From assembly GCA_963666975.2 (NCBI GenBank), contig CAXVYR010000003.1:128001-192000 (forward strand): a stretch of 64,000 nt of DNA. The letters are read 5' to 3'. Positions 9,642 to 20,688 of this stretch are shown here, in pieces. The stretch's first letter is position 1, and every line of letters begins with the position of its first letter. This DNA is from Terriglobia bacterium. GTDB lineage: Bacteria > Acidobacteriota > Terriglobia > 2-12-FULL-54-10. The notes beneath the pieces were generated by a model. That model ran no database searches. It was not told the DNA's origin and saw only the letters and a list, made by a program, of their open reading frames with translations. The translations under genes and the position numbers were made by a program.

Positions 9642-11623
9642 TCAGAAGGAACGCTCATACCGCACGGTAAATCCGTTGGCGCTGTAGTCGGTTACGCGAA
9701 AGAGGTCTTCATAATAGTAGGACCGTTGCCAGCCAAAGACGACCCGGCCGACTTGCGGCAGGGAATAACTGAGCTCGGCGGTCCACGCAGGCCACGTCAA
9801 AGAGCCGAACGCGCCTCTCTCGTTCGCAATTGTTCCCAGTCCGCCGGAGCGAATAAATTGGCCGGTGAAGGAAAGAGTGAGATTATCTTTCGGACTGGCT
9901 TTTACTCCCCAGGAATAGGTCCGGTCGATGGTCTGGTCCGTGGAAAGCAGGCCGGTCAGCGGAGGAACTCCTCGCTCGAAAGCGATGGAGTTTTCTGAGT
10001 AGAAACTGCTGTATGCAAAGCCGGCCCGGAAACCGAGTCTGGAGTAAGGCTGATACGACAGGTTTGTGAAATTTGCGCGGGAGTGCACCAGAAATCCGAT
10101 GTTTTCCGTCTCCAAGTTTCGGAAGGACCAGGTGTTGTCGATTACCCACCGATCGCTGGGGCTATAATGCACCCGGATCGTGGAGCCGATGGTGTCTTGC
10201 GCGGAGATGCGAACATAGGGGTCCACCACAGTGCTGGTTTGAAACTGCCCGCGCACCGCAAAGTTCCGGCCGGGTCGCCAGGAGAAGTTAACCAAGGGAG
10301 AGTAGGATTTAGTGCGTCGGGTGCCTTCCGCCGTCCGTCCGTTGATCTTGCGGACAATGTCCCGTTTGAAAAACCTTAGCCCTCCTCGAATGTTGAACGT
10401 GATATCGGGCACAAAGGCCAGCAGAGCGTCCACAGTGTGTATTCCGAAATCCCAGCGCAGGCTTTCATCCTGACTCAGGGGAACAGGGGCAGGCAAATCG
10501 TCGCGGGTTGCGCGCAGGAATCGAGTTCCCTTCTCAGAATAGCTCTGGTAGCGATAATCCGTAAGCAAGTCCACCCCCTTCGGCAGATCCAAAGTGAAGC
10601 CGACATCGGTCGTATGGGTGGTCAAATCAGTGGCGCCGGCCCCCGTATAGTCCACAGTGAAGGCGGACCCTTGCGAAACAGAGCCTTCCAGGCTGCTGGG
10701 TCCGCTGGCATGGGTGTAAATGTACCCTGAGCGTAGTTGAAAACGCTCGTTCACTTGGTGTTCCAGCCGGATGCTGGTCACCGGAATATTAAAACTGGCA
10801 AACTGGTTCCACTTCCCAACGACCAGGTTTTGGGAGGGCGACCCGGGGCCACGCAGTTGGATCGCCTGATTGGGGAACTCCCGCTCGTCGACCGGGTTGT
10901 TGTAGGTACGGTAGCTCTGTACCAGATGAATATCCGTTTTTCCCAGTTGATAGTCGATCCCTCCTCCGAACAGGTTCGCCTTTTCGCGGAGGGGAATCAC
11001 CAGAGGAAGTTGGTTGGCGCGGCCAAAGGCTCCCCAAACGTCCGGTCCCGTGGGGAGAAAGAAAAACGGCCCCGTGGTGAATCGATTGCCATCCCGCTCC
11101 GTCCGGTTATAAAAAAACCGGAAGCGCAGGTTCCGGGTGGGGGTGTATCGCAGGTCCAAGTCCGCAAACCGGCGGCGGTCGATCCATTCGCGGTTCGAGC
11201 TCGACTCGGTTTGAGGCAAGTTGACGAAGTACTGGGTGGCTCGGTAGCCTGCCCGCAGTTCATAAAGACCGTGCTTGCGCAGTTGGACTCGGATGACGGG
11301 AAAAGGATCGCCGCCCAGGTTTTGAGTGGTGACGGAGAAACGGTCAAACCACCCGCGATTCCGCTCGGCCGATTGAAAACTCAAATGCGTATCGAAGACA
11401 CGAAAACCTTCTTGCAGGTTCAGAACCTGGTTGTATTTGGCATGGTTTCCGTTCAGGTCCAAAAAGCGGTAGCCGAACGAGGTGGTTCCGGCGAAGTTGT
11501 AATTGCCGACGCGACGGGGGTCTCCTCCTGGGCGCTCACAAAGGGGACACATCCCAGAATCCACGCCAGGAAGCAGAAATGTATCCACGGAATTCTCAAC
11601 GTCCGGGCAGCGCTACTTTTCAT
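9642..11623 (-). CDS. mtrB: MtrB/PioB-like outer-membrane beta-barrel (apparent 1-bp frameshift near 11516-11520)
   Basis: Signal peptide MKSSAARTLRIPWIHFCFLAWILGCVPFVSA-QEETP from 11623 joins the long ORF if the C5 run is C6; amphipathic beta strands, terminal Phe; follows decaheme gene. Confidence 0.75.
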
Positions 11624-11635
11624 CCTGGCCCTTTC

Positions 11636-12658
11636 CTATTGCAAGAATTGCCTCTGGTGATTGGAACCATGAATCTCAACATGACAACGAGTACACTCCC
11701 CGGAGGTCTGGAAACCGAGGCGCGGGTGCGGAACCCCAGTAGCTTCCGGAGGCGCGTGGCACTCCAGGCAAATTTGGCGTACCTCCCTCCTCTTCAGCCA
11801 GAAAGGATTCACCGTGCCGTGGGGAACGTGGCAGGCGGTGCATCCCTCCACCCGGACTGCCGCATGTTCAAAAACAAAAGGACCTCGTTTTTCCACATGG
11901 CAGGCATAGCAAGCTTCCACGGAAACGGCTCGCAACTCGTGGGCGGTTACACTGCCGTGGGGGTTGTGACAGTCCGTGCACTTGAGCAGCCCTTCGTTGA
12001 CGCGATGGCGAACCGGCAACTGAAACTGGGCCTCTACATCCCGATGGCAGGAATAGCACAGCTTCGGCTGATTTTCCTTTAACAAGCGATTGTCCAGCCA
12101 CTCCTGCTCCAAAGCGCGTTTCGGAGCCGAGAAAAGGGACTCCAGGGCGGCGGCGGGCCGGCCCGAATCTTGATTTACTTCGGGGAGGTGGGCAGAGTGG
12201 CAGTCGCCACAAAAAACTCCTGCCGCCAGATGCCGGAACCGCCGAAATAGGCTTTGGTTTTCGTTCTTGATATGGCAAGCGAGGCAACGGTCGGCATTCT
12301 CTTCCGGGGAGTGGCGGGCAAAGCTGTAAATCAGAGTCTTCGCCCTTTCGGTTTCCGCCTCATCGGATGCCTCACCTATCGCTTCGACATGGGCGCGGCC
12401 AGGACCGTGGCAGGCTTCACAACCTTGCTGTTCCGGCGGATATTTTTCCGCCAGGACAGCGGCCATGTAGGTCTTTTGGAATTGTGCAAGGTGCTCCTCA
12501 TGACAGAAGCCGCAAGTTTCGGCTCCCACGTAGTCGTCCGTGACGGCGGAAGTTTCCTGGGCCGCCCATGCTGTAACGGGAAGGAGAAGAAGCGCGATAA
12601 ACGACAATCTGAGAAGGATACCCAACCCATCCAACCCCGCCGTTTTGTACAGGGTCAC
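11636..12658 (-). CDS. mtrA: DmsE/MtrA-family periplasmic decaheme c-type cytochrome
   Basis: 10 CxxCH motifs counted, signal peptide, KRGPFVFEH and IHGSNH signatures. Confidence 0.9.
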   Translation of the reverse strand: MTLYKTAGLDGLGILLRLSFIALLLLPVTAWAAQETSAVTDDYVGAETCGFCHEEHLAQFQKTYMAAVLAEKYPPEQQGCEACHGPGRAHVEAIGEASDEAETERAKTLIYSFARHSPEENADRCLACHIKNENQSLFRRFRHLAAGVFCGDCHSAHLPEVNQDSGRPAAALESLFSAPKRALEQEWLDNRLLKENQPKLCYSCHRDVEAQFQLPVRHRVNEGLLKCTDCHNPHGSVTAHELRAVSVEACYACHVEKRGPFVFEHAAVRVEGCTACHVPHGTVNPFWLKRREVRQICLECHAPPEATGVPHPRLGFQTSGECTRCHVEIHGSNHQRQFLQ

Positions 12659-12781
12659 CTCAAACGCTGTTCTGGTCTCACCGCCGGATGATGAATTTTC
12701 CTTCGGTGGCCTGGGAATGGGGTCAACCGAATTTCAATGTCTTGTTTGCCTCCGAGCCGTTCTGGCGCGCTCTCCTTTCTT

Positions 12782-12953
12782 CTAGAGCGGTTCTCCAGTT
12801 GGTATAGATCGTGTCCGAGCCGCGACCGTGAGGGAGCGGGTCCAAAAATGACTCCATCGACCAGCGTGTGGTGTCCGCTTGCTTACGCGCGCGGCTCGGA
12901 TTGGCTTGGCTTCCGGTAAACTTGGGTCTACACTATCGCGAGAGCCGCTCCAG
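12782..12953. mobile_element. CTAG-ended MITE containing a REP-like pair (reverse-oriented relative of 30439-30608)
   Basis: Ends CTAGAGCGGTTCTC...GAGAGCCGCTCCAG; core GAGCCGCGACCGTGAGGGAGCGG / CCGCTTGCTTACGCGCGCGGCTC. Confidence 0.7.
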
Positions 12954-13091
12954 CTTACCAGCGAGTCCAAGGCCGGGGAAGAGTGTGCAGGCAGTGACAT
13001 CCCCATCCACTCTCCCCCCTCGAGGGAGTGGCGCTTTCTTGCCGCCACCCTCCATCCCCACGCATCCATGGATTGCATTCCTTGTCCCACG

Positions 13092-15223
13092 TTAGCGCGC
13101 ATGGACCTTGCTGACGGCGAAGTCCCTGCCTTCCCCATGGCAGGCAGTACAGGATTCGCCGAAGGGCGCTATCATCACGTAGGCGTGGGCAGCCGCATGC
13201 TCGCTATCATGGCAGCCCAAGCAGGCCGCGGTAATCGGCGGTGTCGGCGTAAAGAAGTGCCGCGGTGTATCCACGCTGACCAAGCCATCGGGTAAAGGCA
13301 ACTCGTAGGAATCGTTCACATGGCACGTCTCGCAGTCTCGCAGGTCGCCCGGGAAATGTACCTCGTTGAAATTGTCCGGGCTGCCATGGGCGAAGATCGT
13401 AAAGTCGTTCTCCAGATCGTGCCCGGTATGAATGCGGTGAATCATCGTGCGGAAGTCGAGCGTTTGAGGAGGAAACGGCCCCTCAGGAGGACGTTCAGCG
13501 GCATCGTTATTCTTCGTGTTGTGGCAGATGACGCAGTATTCGGTATCTCTCCGAGCGGTGCCATGCCTGGCAAGTTTGTTGTGGCATACATTGCACTTAT
13601 TCACATCCACCACTTGGCGGCGCGGCACAACAGGACCCCCGGAGATTCCGAAATAGAATATGGGATTCCTAAGAGCAGCCTCCCGCACGGAGAAGCTTTG
13701 TCCCAAGAGCGGCCCGGGGATGGTTGTCTGGTTGAATGCCTCGGCTCCCACCGCCCAGGTGCCGCTGGCATCAGCGGCAATTGCTGCGTTGAAAGTGTAC
13801 GTATACCCGGTGGGTCCCGGCGTGGCCGATTGCACGTTTTCTCGCTTACCAAAGGTATAGTCGCTGGTTGGCCCTCCCAGGGTGAGCCTCGCGCGGTCGT
13901 AATTGGAGATATCCAAGGGATTTCCCGCGTTGTCGGTCACCGTGAAGGTAACCGTGGGGTTGTTGCCCGGGTTCGTGTTGGTCACCTCCAAAATCTCCAG
14001 GTTGATCCCCGCCAACTGCTTGGAATTCGTCGGGATCGTATGCACTCCAGCCACAGAAAGGTCAAACTCCAACCCGGTGTCGGGTGCGTGGCAGATGGTG
14101 CACAGGCTGTCATCTACTTGAATCCCGCCCGGATGGTGTTCGCCAGTGGCGAAGTTCACGTCGTCGTGGCAGGAACCGCAAGCAACTCGCGAAGGATTGG
14201 TCTTGTAGTTGTCCGACTGGGTGCCTCCTTGGTGGCAGGTGGTGCAGTTGCGCACATCTTGCGGCCAATGCACCTCGGAGTAGTCGTGAACACTGTTGCG
14301 GAAGCCGATAATCTGATAGGGAATTCCAGCCTGCACGCTGGGCAAATTGGCTCCGCGGTGAATCTTGTGGATCATCACCTTGAAGTCGGGCGTGTTGCCG
14401 GTGTCCGGGTCGATGTTCTGGGGCTGATGGCACAGGATACAGAGCTGCGTGATCTGGCGAGAACCGCCGTGCAGCGCCAGCGGGTTGTGGCACTGGTTAC
14501 AGGCTTCCGTCCTCACCACATCTCGCACAACGGTAACCTCACCGCCGGAGGGCACGAAGTTGTAAGTGTCGTTGGAGATATAGCGGCCGGTTTTGACCAG
14601 TTGGAACAGGCCCAAATCCTCCGCTATTTGGCGCAAATCCCGCGTGGCATAAACGCCCACCGTATGTGTCGCATCTGCCGGGAAACCTGAGGGTAGCTGA
14701 GTTCCGAAGGTGTATTTGTACGTGCCGTTCCCCAAATCGGCATAGCTGCCACCGGAATCGGTGGCGGGCTGCTCCGCCGAATCCCCGGTAATGGTGCTGG
14801 TTTGCAACCGGGTCGTGTAGCTGGTGTACTGCGTGTCTCCCGGGTTAATGCGAGCCAAAATCCAAGAGGTGGAGACAGTCCCCGGCGTCTCGATGCCCGA
14901 CCGGTCCAAGGGCTGGTCCTGGTCATCGGATATGCGAAAGGTAGCCGAGACCGTAGAGCCGCTGACCTCCACGCCCCGCGATTTGCTCTGCGCTCATGCT
15001 CAGAATCGTTTCAATCAAACCTCGCCCGGCCCGATCAATCACCTCATCCAACGCCAGATTGGATGTCCAGGTTAAGACCCGGCCGAATCCAGATCAGCTC
15101 GGCCTCCGTCAAATAGAAAGCCTTCTCGGAGCGAAGGTACTGCTTGCCATCCTTTGCGCCAATTATCCCAACCCCTGCAAAAATCAATAAGAAAAGACAG
15201 AGAATCAGCTTTCGGCCTTTCAT
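13092..15223 (-). CDS. mtrC: OmcA/MtrC-family decaheme c-type cytochrome, frame broken by ~80-bp IS256 fragment near 5' end
   Basis: 10 CxxCH motifs in two pentaheme blocks, DFKVMIHKIHRG; RBS GGAGG and signal peptide MKGRKLILCLFLLIFAG at 15223. Confidence 0.85.
14973..15058 (-). mobile_element. internal IS256 transposase fragment inside mtrC
   Basis: 14973-15050 is the exact reverse complement of 1966-2043; ACGCC repeated at 14971 and 15051. Confidence 0.9.
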
Positions 15224-15350
15224 AAGGACCTCCACTTTATTCACCCGGCGGTGGTGAGGTTATAGCTTCGATTCGACCAATTTGTTCCATTAACTGTTGC
15301 TTCTGATAGCTGCATTGCTTGATTGCCCGCTTACCACTAACCTCGCACAA

Positions 15351-15649
15351 ACCATATACGAGGTTTCAGTGCTCCTAAGTGCAAGTCGGATTCCAGAGCT
15401 TCAAAAATAAGAAAAATAAGCCCTCCAAGGCAGGTGCGGGACTTGGTCGGTTTGGCATGCAGGGAACAAAGCAGATACGGCTGTTGACCGTAACCAGGCG
15501 GGTGTTGGCCAAACCAACAATCACCTCCTCTTGGCAACAATCCTTCCACCATATACGAGGTTTCAGTGCTCCTAAGTGCAAGTCGGATTCCAGAGAACTT
15601 GGTCGGTTTGGCATGCAGGGAACAAAGCAGATGAGCAACAATCCTTCCA
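15351..15649. repeat. mosaic A-B-C direct repeat upstream of mtrC
   Basis: A 48 bp (15351, 15548), B 36 bp (15441, 15597), C 15 bp (15534, 15635). Confidence 0.9.
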
Positions 15650-15812
15650 GAATGAGGCATAAAACTGCGTAAAATTACGCACCACTGCGGGAAATTACCT
15701 ATCTGCTAGCATTTCCAAAGCGGTGACTTGGCCTGCGGGGCTGGACTCTCAGAAAGAGGAAGGGCCTGTTGGAGCATTCCTTCAGGTCTCCTGTTTGAAA
15801 AGGAACAAAAGA

Positions 15813-15889
15813 TGGGGTGAGCGGAGGGGCTCGAACCCTCGACCACCGGAGCCACAGTCCGGCGCTCTACCAACTGAGCTACGCTCACC
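15813..15889 (-). tRNA. tRNA-His (GUG)
   Basis: GGTGAGCGTAGCTCAGTTGGTAGAGCGCCGGACTGTGGCTCCGG...GGTTCGAGCCCCTCCGCTCACCCCA; G-1 and encoded CCA. Confidence 0.97.
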
Positions 15890-16114
15890 AGAAAGTAGCT
15901 ACTGTAGGGATGACTGATTATAGGGCTTGGCAGATTTGCGGTCAACACGCACGGTTCCGGGAGGATCGCAAGCTGCTGGGACTTGGCTGCTGGAACCTGG
16001 CTGCTGGAACTAGGGCTGTACATTTCGCCGAGTCCCTTCAGCTTGCTTAATCGCGGAAACTTCGATAGGCTGTCGGTGGCGGGAGACGGAGTGTAACCTA
16101 TGGAGTGTAACCTA

Positions 16115-16528
16115 ATGAAGGCACATCTGTACGCGTTGTCGATGTTCACCCTGGTGTGTTTTCTGGCAGGTTGTGGAGGCCTGCTGGGAGGCGATTCCGA
16201 TGCTGCCATTCAGCGGGCCATTGAGGAGCATCTAGCCAATCGCCCTGGTTTGGCGAGCGACAATTTGTTAATGGAAGTCCAGGACGTCCAAATCCAGGGC
16301 GATACCGCCGTAGCCGAGGTAGTTTTTCGCAGCCGAACCGATCAATCTGCGATGATGGCTTTTCATTATCAACTTCGCAACGAAGGCAATCAATGGAAGG
16401 TGGAGAGCGGGAGCCCGAGCCAAGAGCGGTCCGCGCATCCGCCCTCCGCCAGCTCTCCTGGCGCGGGTGGTTCCCTGCCTGAGGGGCACCCTTCGATAGA
16501 GCAAGTTCCGTCGCAGCCTTCACAGTAA
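16115..16528 (+). CDS. lipoprotein of unknown function
   Basis: Signal peptide with LAGC lipobox; LPEGHP motif near C-terminus. Confidence 0.7.
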   Translation: MKAHLYALSMFTLVCFLAGCGGLLGGDSDAAIQRAIEEHLANRPGLASDNLLMEVQDVQIQGDTAVAEVVFRSRTDQSAMMAFHYQLRNEGNQWKVESGSPSQERSAHPPSASSPGAGGSLPEGHPSIEQVPSQPSQ

Positions 16529-16683
16529 ATTCCAATCAGAGTTCCTGGGAATCCAAGCACAAACAACAGCGGGCAATGCCTTCTACGTCAGGGACGGCAT
16601 TAGCTTTCAGCGACGGCAAGCCAGGCCGTTAGTAACTCCCGGCCCAAAAGCCGCCCTACCCACCCTTAAGGCGGTGTGCTAGT

Positions 16684-17895
16684 ATGAATTCTTTGGAGGG
16701 GAGAGCAGGATTGCAGTCAGTTTACATCGTATCGGCTGTGAGAACACCTATCGGAAAATTTGGCGGATCGCTGGCGGGTTTGACTTCGGCCGACATGGGC
16801 ACGATCGTGGCGAAGGCTGCATTGGAGCGTACTTCCGTGTCACCGGCGCAGGTGGAGGAAGCAATCTTCGGCAATGCGAGGCAAGCGGGAGGGGGTCCCA
16901 ACGTGGCCCGGCAGATCAGCCATCGGGCGGGCGTGCCGGACTCTTCCCCGGCATACACGGTGAATAAGGCTTGCGCCAGCGGGATCAAGTCCATCGTGCT
17001 CGCGTATCAAGAAATCCTGCTGGGAAATGCCCACTGTATTCTGGCCGGCGGGACGGAATCGATGAGCCGCCTACCCTACCTGATTGATAATGCACGGTGG
17101 GGATACCGAATGGGGCATCAAACGCTGGTGGATGCCATGTACCGGGACGGCTTCATGGACCCTCTCTCGGAGATGTTAATGGGTGAAACGGCGGAAAAGC
17201 TGGCTGGGTTGCACGGGATCGGCCGGGAGGAGCAAGATTGTTATGCATTGACCACCCAGCATCGCGCTGAGGTTGCCACCACTCAAGGAAACTTTCGAGA
17301 CGAGATTGTGCCCGTAGAAGTGAAGGAGAAAAAGGGAACGCGGATGATGAATGCCGATGAGCATATCCGGTTTGGAGCAACGCCGGAGGGGATCGCTAAG
17401 CTGCCCACAGTCTTTTCCAAGACCGGCACGGTAACGGCAGGGAATTCTTCCGGGATCACCGACGGCGCCGCCGCAACCCTGCTGGTTTCCGGGGATAAGG
17501 TGGAAGAATGGGGGCTGAAGCCGCTGGCGAAGATTCTGAATTACTCTTCGGCGGGGGTCGATCCCTCGATTATGGGTATCGCTCCGGTTCCCGCTGTGCG
17601 GAAACTGTTAGAAAAGCTCGGCTGGAAACTGGAACAGTTCGATCTGGTAGAGTTGAATGAAGCATTCGCGGCTCAGGTCCTGGCTTGCGACCGTGAGTTG
17701 CACTTTGACCGGGAAAAACTGAACGTCAACGGAGGAGCCATCGCGCTGGGTCATCCTATCGGATGCAGCGGCACGCGCATTGTGGTAACGCTTTTGCACG
17801 CCATGCGGAAGCGCGCCGTGAAGCGAGGATTGGCAACTTTGTGCGTGAGCGGGGGGCTCGGAATGGCCCTGGCCCTGGAAGCTGTTTCCGGCTGA
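16684..17895 (+). CDS. acetyl-CoA C-acyltransferase (thiolase)
   Basis: [31 protein letters not shown] motifs. Confidence 0.95.
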   Translation: MNSLEGRAGLQSVYIVSAVRTPIGKFGGSLAGLTSADMGTIVAKAALERTSVSPAQVEEAIFGNARQAGGGPNVARQISHRAGVPDSSPAYTVNKACASGIKSIVLAYQEILLGNAHCILAGGTESMSRLPYLIDNARWGYRMGHQTLVDAMYRDGFMDPLSEMLMGETAEKLAGLHGIGREEQDCYALTTQHRAEVATTQGNFRDEIVPVEVKEKKGTRMMNADEHIRFGATPEGIAKLPTVFSKTGTVTAGNSSGITDGAAATLLVSGDKVEEWGLKPLAKILNYSSAGVDPSIMGIAPVPAVRKLLEKLGWKLEQFDLVELNEAFAAQVLACDRELHFDREKLNVNGGAIALGHPIGCSGTRIVVTLLHAMRKRAVKRGLATLCVSGGLGMALALEAVSG

Positions 17896-17915
17896 GGAGC
17901 CGGCTGAGGAGGTCG

Positions 17916-18710
17916 ATGAGCACCACAGGCGAAGGACTAGCTTACAAATATATCCAACTGGACGTCAGCGCCAATGTAGCCCGCGTGACGCTGAACCGCC
18001 CTCCCCACAATGTCCTTACCGTTGACATGATGGAAGAGCTGGCCAAGGCGATCGAAGGGCTGCATGACCAGCGGCAGATTCGAGCCATCTTGATCCAGGC
18101 CGCCGGCGCCTGCACGGCTTTCTCGGCCGGCGTTGCGGTGGAGGAGTCGCGGTCAGACCGCGTCTTCCAGATGCTGGAGGCTTTCCAGTCGGTATTCCGC
18201 AATATGCTGGAGATCTCCAAACCCGTCGTTACGGTGGTGAACGGCCCGGCGATTGGAGGTGGCTGCGAGTTGGCTGCCTTGGGCGATATGATTATTGCAA
18301 CCCCGAAGGCCCGCTTCGCGCAGCCGGAGATCAAGCTCGGCGTCTTCCCGCCTTTGGCATCGATTATTTTGCCTCATGTCATCGGACCGAAGCGCGCCCT
18401 GGAAATGATCCTCACCGGGGATCCTCTGAGTGCGGAGGAAGCACTTCGGCTGGGACTGGTAAACCGCGTGGTGCCGGAGAACGTGCTGGAGCAGGAAGTC
18501 GGGAAAATCCTGGGTAAGATCACTGAGCAGAGCGCTCCGGTTCTGGAGATGGCCAAGAAGGTGATCTACGATACCATCGGCATTCCCCTGCCGGACGCTA
18601 TCAAAAAATCGTCGGATATTTACTTGAATCAGTTGATGGACCTCGACGACTCCCAGGAAGGGTTGCGCGCCATTGTGGAGAAGAGGAAGCCGGTGTGGAA
18701 GAACCAGTAA
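17916..18710 (+). CDS. enoyl-CoA hydratase/isomerase (crotonase) family, Dch-like
   Basis: FSAG, GGGCE, QPEIKLGVFPP. Confidence 0.85.
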   Translation: MSTTGEGLAYKYIQLDVSANVARVTLNRPPHNVLTVDMMEELAKAIEGLHDQRQIRAILIQAAGACTAFSAGVAVEESRSDRVFQMLEAFQSVFRNMLEISKPVVTVVNGPAIGGGCELAALGDMIIATPKARFAQPEIKLGVFPPLASIILPHVIGPKRALEMILTGDPLSAEEALRLGLVNRVVPENVLEQEVGKILGKITEQSAPVLEMAKKVIYDTIGIPLPDAIKKSSDIYLNQLMDLDDSQEGLRAIVEKRKPVWKNQ

Positions 18711-19027
18711 GGAAAAGCATCCCGTGCAAAGAGGGAATCTCTTGGATGCCTCGGCACGGTCGGGATTACTGGGCTGGATTTTTCCCCCGGTCCGGGAAAA
18801 CGGCTCCTGGCGGATTGACAGCTTCCAATTGACACCGGAAATGGCAGATTCCTTCCGTGCCCGGCCATGTTTCCTTTACATTTGAGAGTTGCGCAGCTTT
18901 TTTGCGGCAGCATTTCGGTGATTCGGGCAGGAGCCCGGCCTGACTTCAGATAGAAAGCGCCGGCAGAACCGGGACTCTGGGAAGAGAAGGAAACCGGAAG
19001 CACGGGGCGAAGGGAGGCGACAACCAG

Positions 19028-19798
19028 TTGGGTGCGCTGGATGGTTTTGCCAAGCAGCGAGTTTTGGCGGTCCAGGAGTTTACGTTGCTGGCCGGCCGGG
19101 CATTCCGGAATATTTTCCGGCCGCCGCATTATTTTGCCGATATTGTCCAGCAGATGGATTTTATCGGCTTCGGCTCCCTTCCGATTGTGATACTGACCGG
19201 TTTCTTTACCGGCGCTGTGCTCGCTCTCCAGATGGCCAATACGCTCACCACCTTTGGGGAGACATCCCTGACGGGACAGTTGGTGGCGGTTTCTCTGGTG
19301 CGGGAACTGGGGCCCGTTCTGACTGCTTTGATGGTCGCAGGCCGGAACAGTTCCGGCATCGCCTCCGAGTTGGGTTCCATGGTGGTGAGCGAACAGATAG
19401 AGGCGATGCGGGCTCTCGGCACCGACCCCATCAAAAAACTGGTGACGCCCCGCTTGATCGCTGTGGTTATTATGCTGCCCCTGCTGACGATCCTGATGGA
19501 CTTCGTGGGTTTGTGGGGGGGCTTTGCGACCTCTTTCTTTATGATTCAACTGAATCCGGCGCTATATTGGACCAGCGCCTACCGCGCCCTGGGATTTGAC
19601 GATCTGTTTCAAGGGCTCCTCAAGCCGTTTATGTTCGCCTTCATCGTGGCTCTGGTAGGCTGTTATTATGGGCTCAGCACCCGCGGGGGAACGCAGGGCG
19701 TGGGGCGGTCGACGACGCAGGCGGTGGTTGCCGCGTCCGTTCTGATCCTGGCCTTTGATTTTTTCCTGACCAAGATACTGCTCACCTGGGAAGGTTAG
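19028..19798 (+). CDS. mlaE: MlaE-family ABC permease
   Basis: RELGPVLTALMVAGR, ELGSM..SEQIEAM, GVGRSTT. Confidence 0.93.
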   Translation: MGALDGFAKQRVLAVQEFTLLAGRAFRNIFRPPHYFADIVQQMDFIGFGSLPIVILTGFFTGAVLALQMANTLTTFGETSLTGQLVAVSLVRELGPVLTALMVAGRNSSGIASELGSMVVSEQIEAMRALGTDPIKKLVTPRLIAVVIMLPLLTILMDFVGLWGGFATSFFMIQLNPALYWTSAYRALGFDDLFQGLLKPFMFAFIVALVGCYYGLSTRGGTQGVGRSTTQAVVAASVLILAFDFFLTKILLTWEG

Positions 19799-19807
19799 GG
19801 TGAATCG

Positions 19808-20629
19808 ATGGGAGAACAGGAAAATCTGGAAGCCGTGGTGGAGTTTGATCGCGTAGCTCTTCGCTTTGAGGAGCATATCGTGCTGCGCGAAGTCTCTTTT
19901 CGCCTGGAGCGGGGTGAAACCAAGGTGTTGCTGGGGGTGACGGGAACGGGCAAGTCCATTTTGCTGAAGATGACGATGGGGTTGTTGAAACCGGACTCAG
20001 GCCGTATTTTCGTATTGGGGGAGGAGATCACGAACCGCAGCGAGCCGGAGCTGTTTCAAATCCGCCGGCAGATTGGGATGGTTTTCCAGGAGGGCGCTCT
20101 GTTCGATTCGCTGACGGTGGGCGAAAACGTGGGCTATGTCTTCCAGCGGCTGCCGGAAGTATCGCCGGAGGAGGCGAACCGCCGGGTGCGCGAGGCGCTG
20201 TGCTTTGTGGATCTGGAACATACCTTGGATCTGTTTCCCTCCCAGTTGTCCGGAGGAATGCGAAGAAGGGTGGCCATTGCACGGGCCATCGTGGGGCAGC
20301 CGGAGATTATGCTCTACGATTCACCCACGGCGGGGTTAGATCCTATCACGGCCCAGCGCATTATGACCCTTGTTCTCAAGCAGCGGGACGTGAGTAAGGT
20401 CAGCTCGTTGCTGGTCACGCATCGAATGCAAGATGCCTTTCGGATGGCGCATTTCTATTACGATCATCAGCAGGAGAAGATGTTGCCGGCCGGGGGGAAC
20501 AGCGCCGGTCGGGACACACACACTCGCTTTTTGGTCTTGCGGGACGGTGAAGTGCTCTTTCATGGCCAACTGCAAGAATTAGGAGCGAAGCGAGATCCCT
20601 ACCTGCACAAATTTCTGCCGCACATGTAG
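19808..20629 (+). CDS. mlaF: MlaF-family ABC ATPase
   Basis: Walker A GVTGTGKS, LSGGM, YDSPTAGLDP. Confidence 0.9.
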   Translation: MGEQENLEAVVEFDRVALRFEEHIVLREVSFRLERGETKVLLGVTGTGKSILLKMTMGLLKPDSGRIFVLGEEITNRSEPELFQIRRQIGMVFQEGALFDSLTVGENVGYVFQRLPEVSPEEANRRVREALCFVDLEHTLDLFPSQLSGGMRRRVAIARAIVGQPEIMLYDSPTAGLDPITAQRIMTLVLKQRDVSKVSSLLVTHRMQDAFRMAHFYYDHQQEKMLPAGGNSAGRDTHTRFLVLRDGEVLFHGQLQELGAKRDPYLHKFLPHM

Positions 20630-20688
20630 AAGGCGACTCATCCGCTGCCACAAGGGACGGAAAAGGAATTCAATCTGCCGGAGGTAAC

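Noticed and set aside
15351-15649. CRISPR array
   Set aside because: Three different blocks each occur only twice; there is no constant repeat with regular spacers and no cas genes.
9600-15889. mtrCAB as an integrative island at tRNA-His
   Set aside because: I found no duplicated tRNA 3' end (att site) and no integrase by eye.
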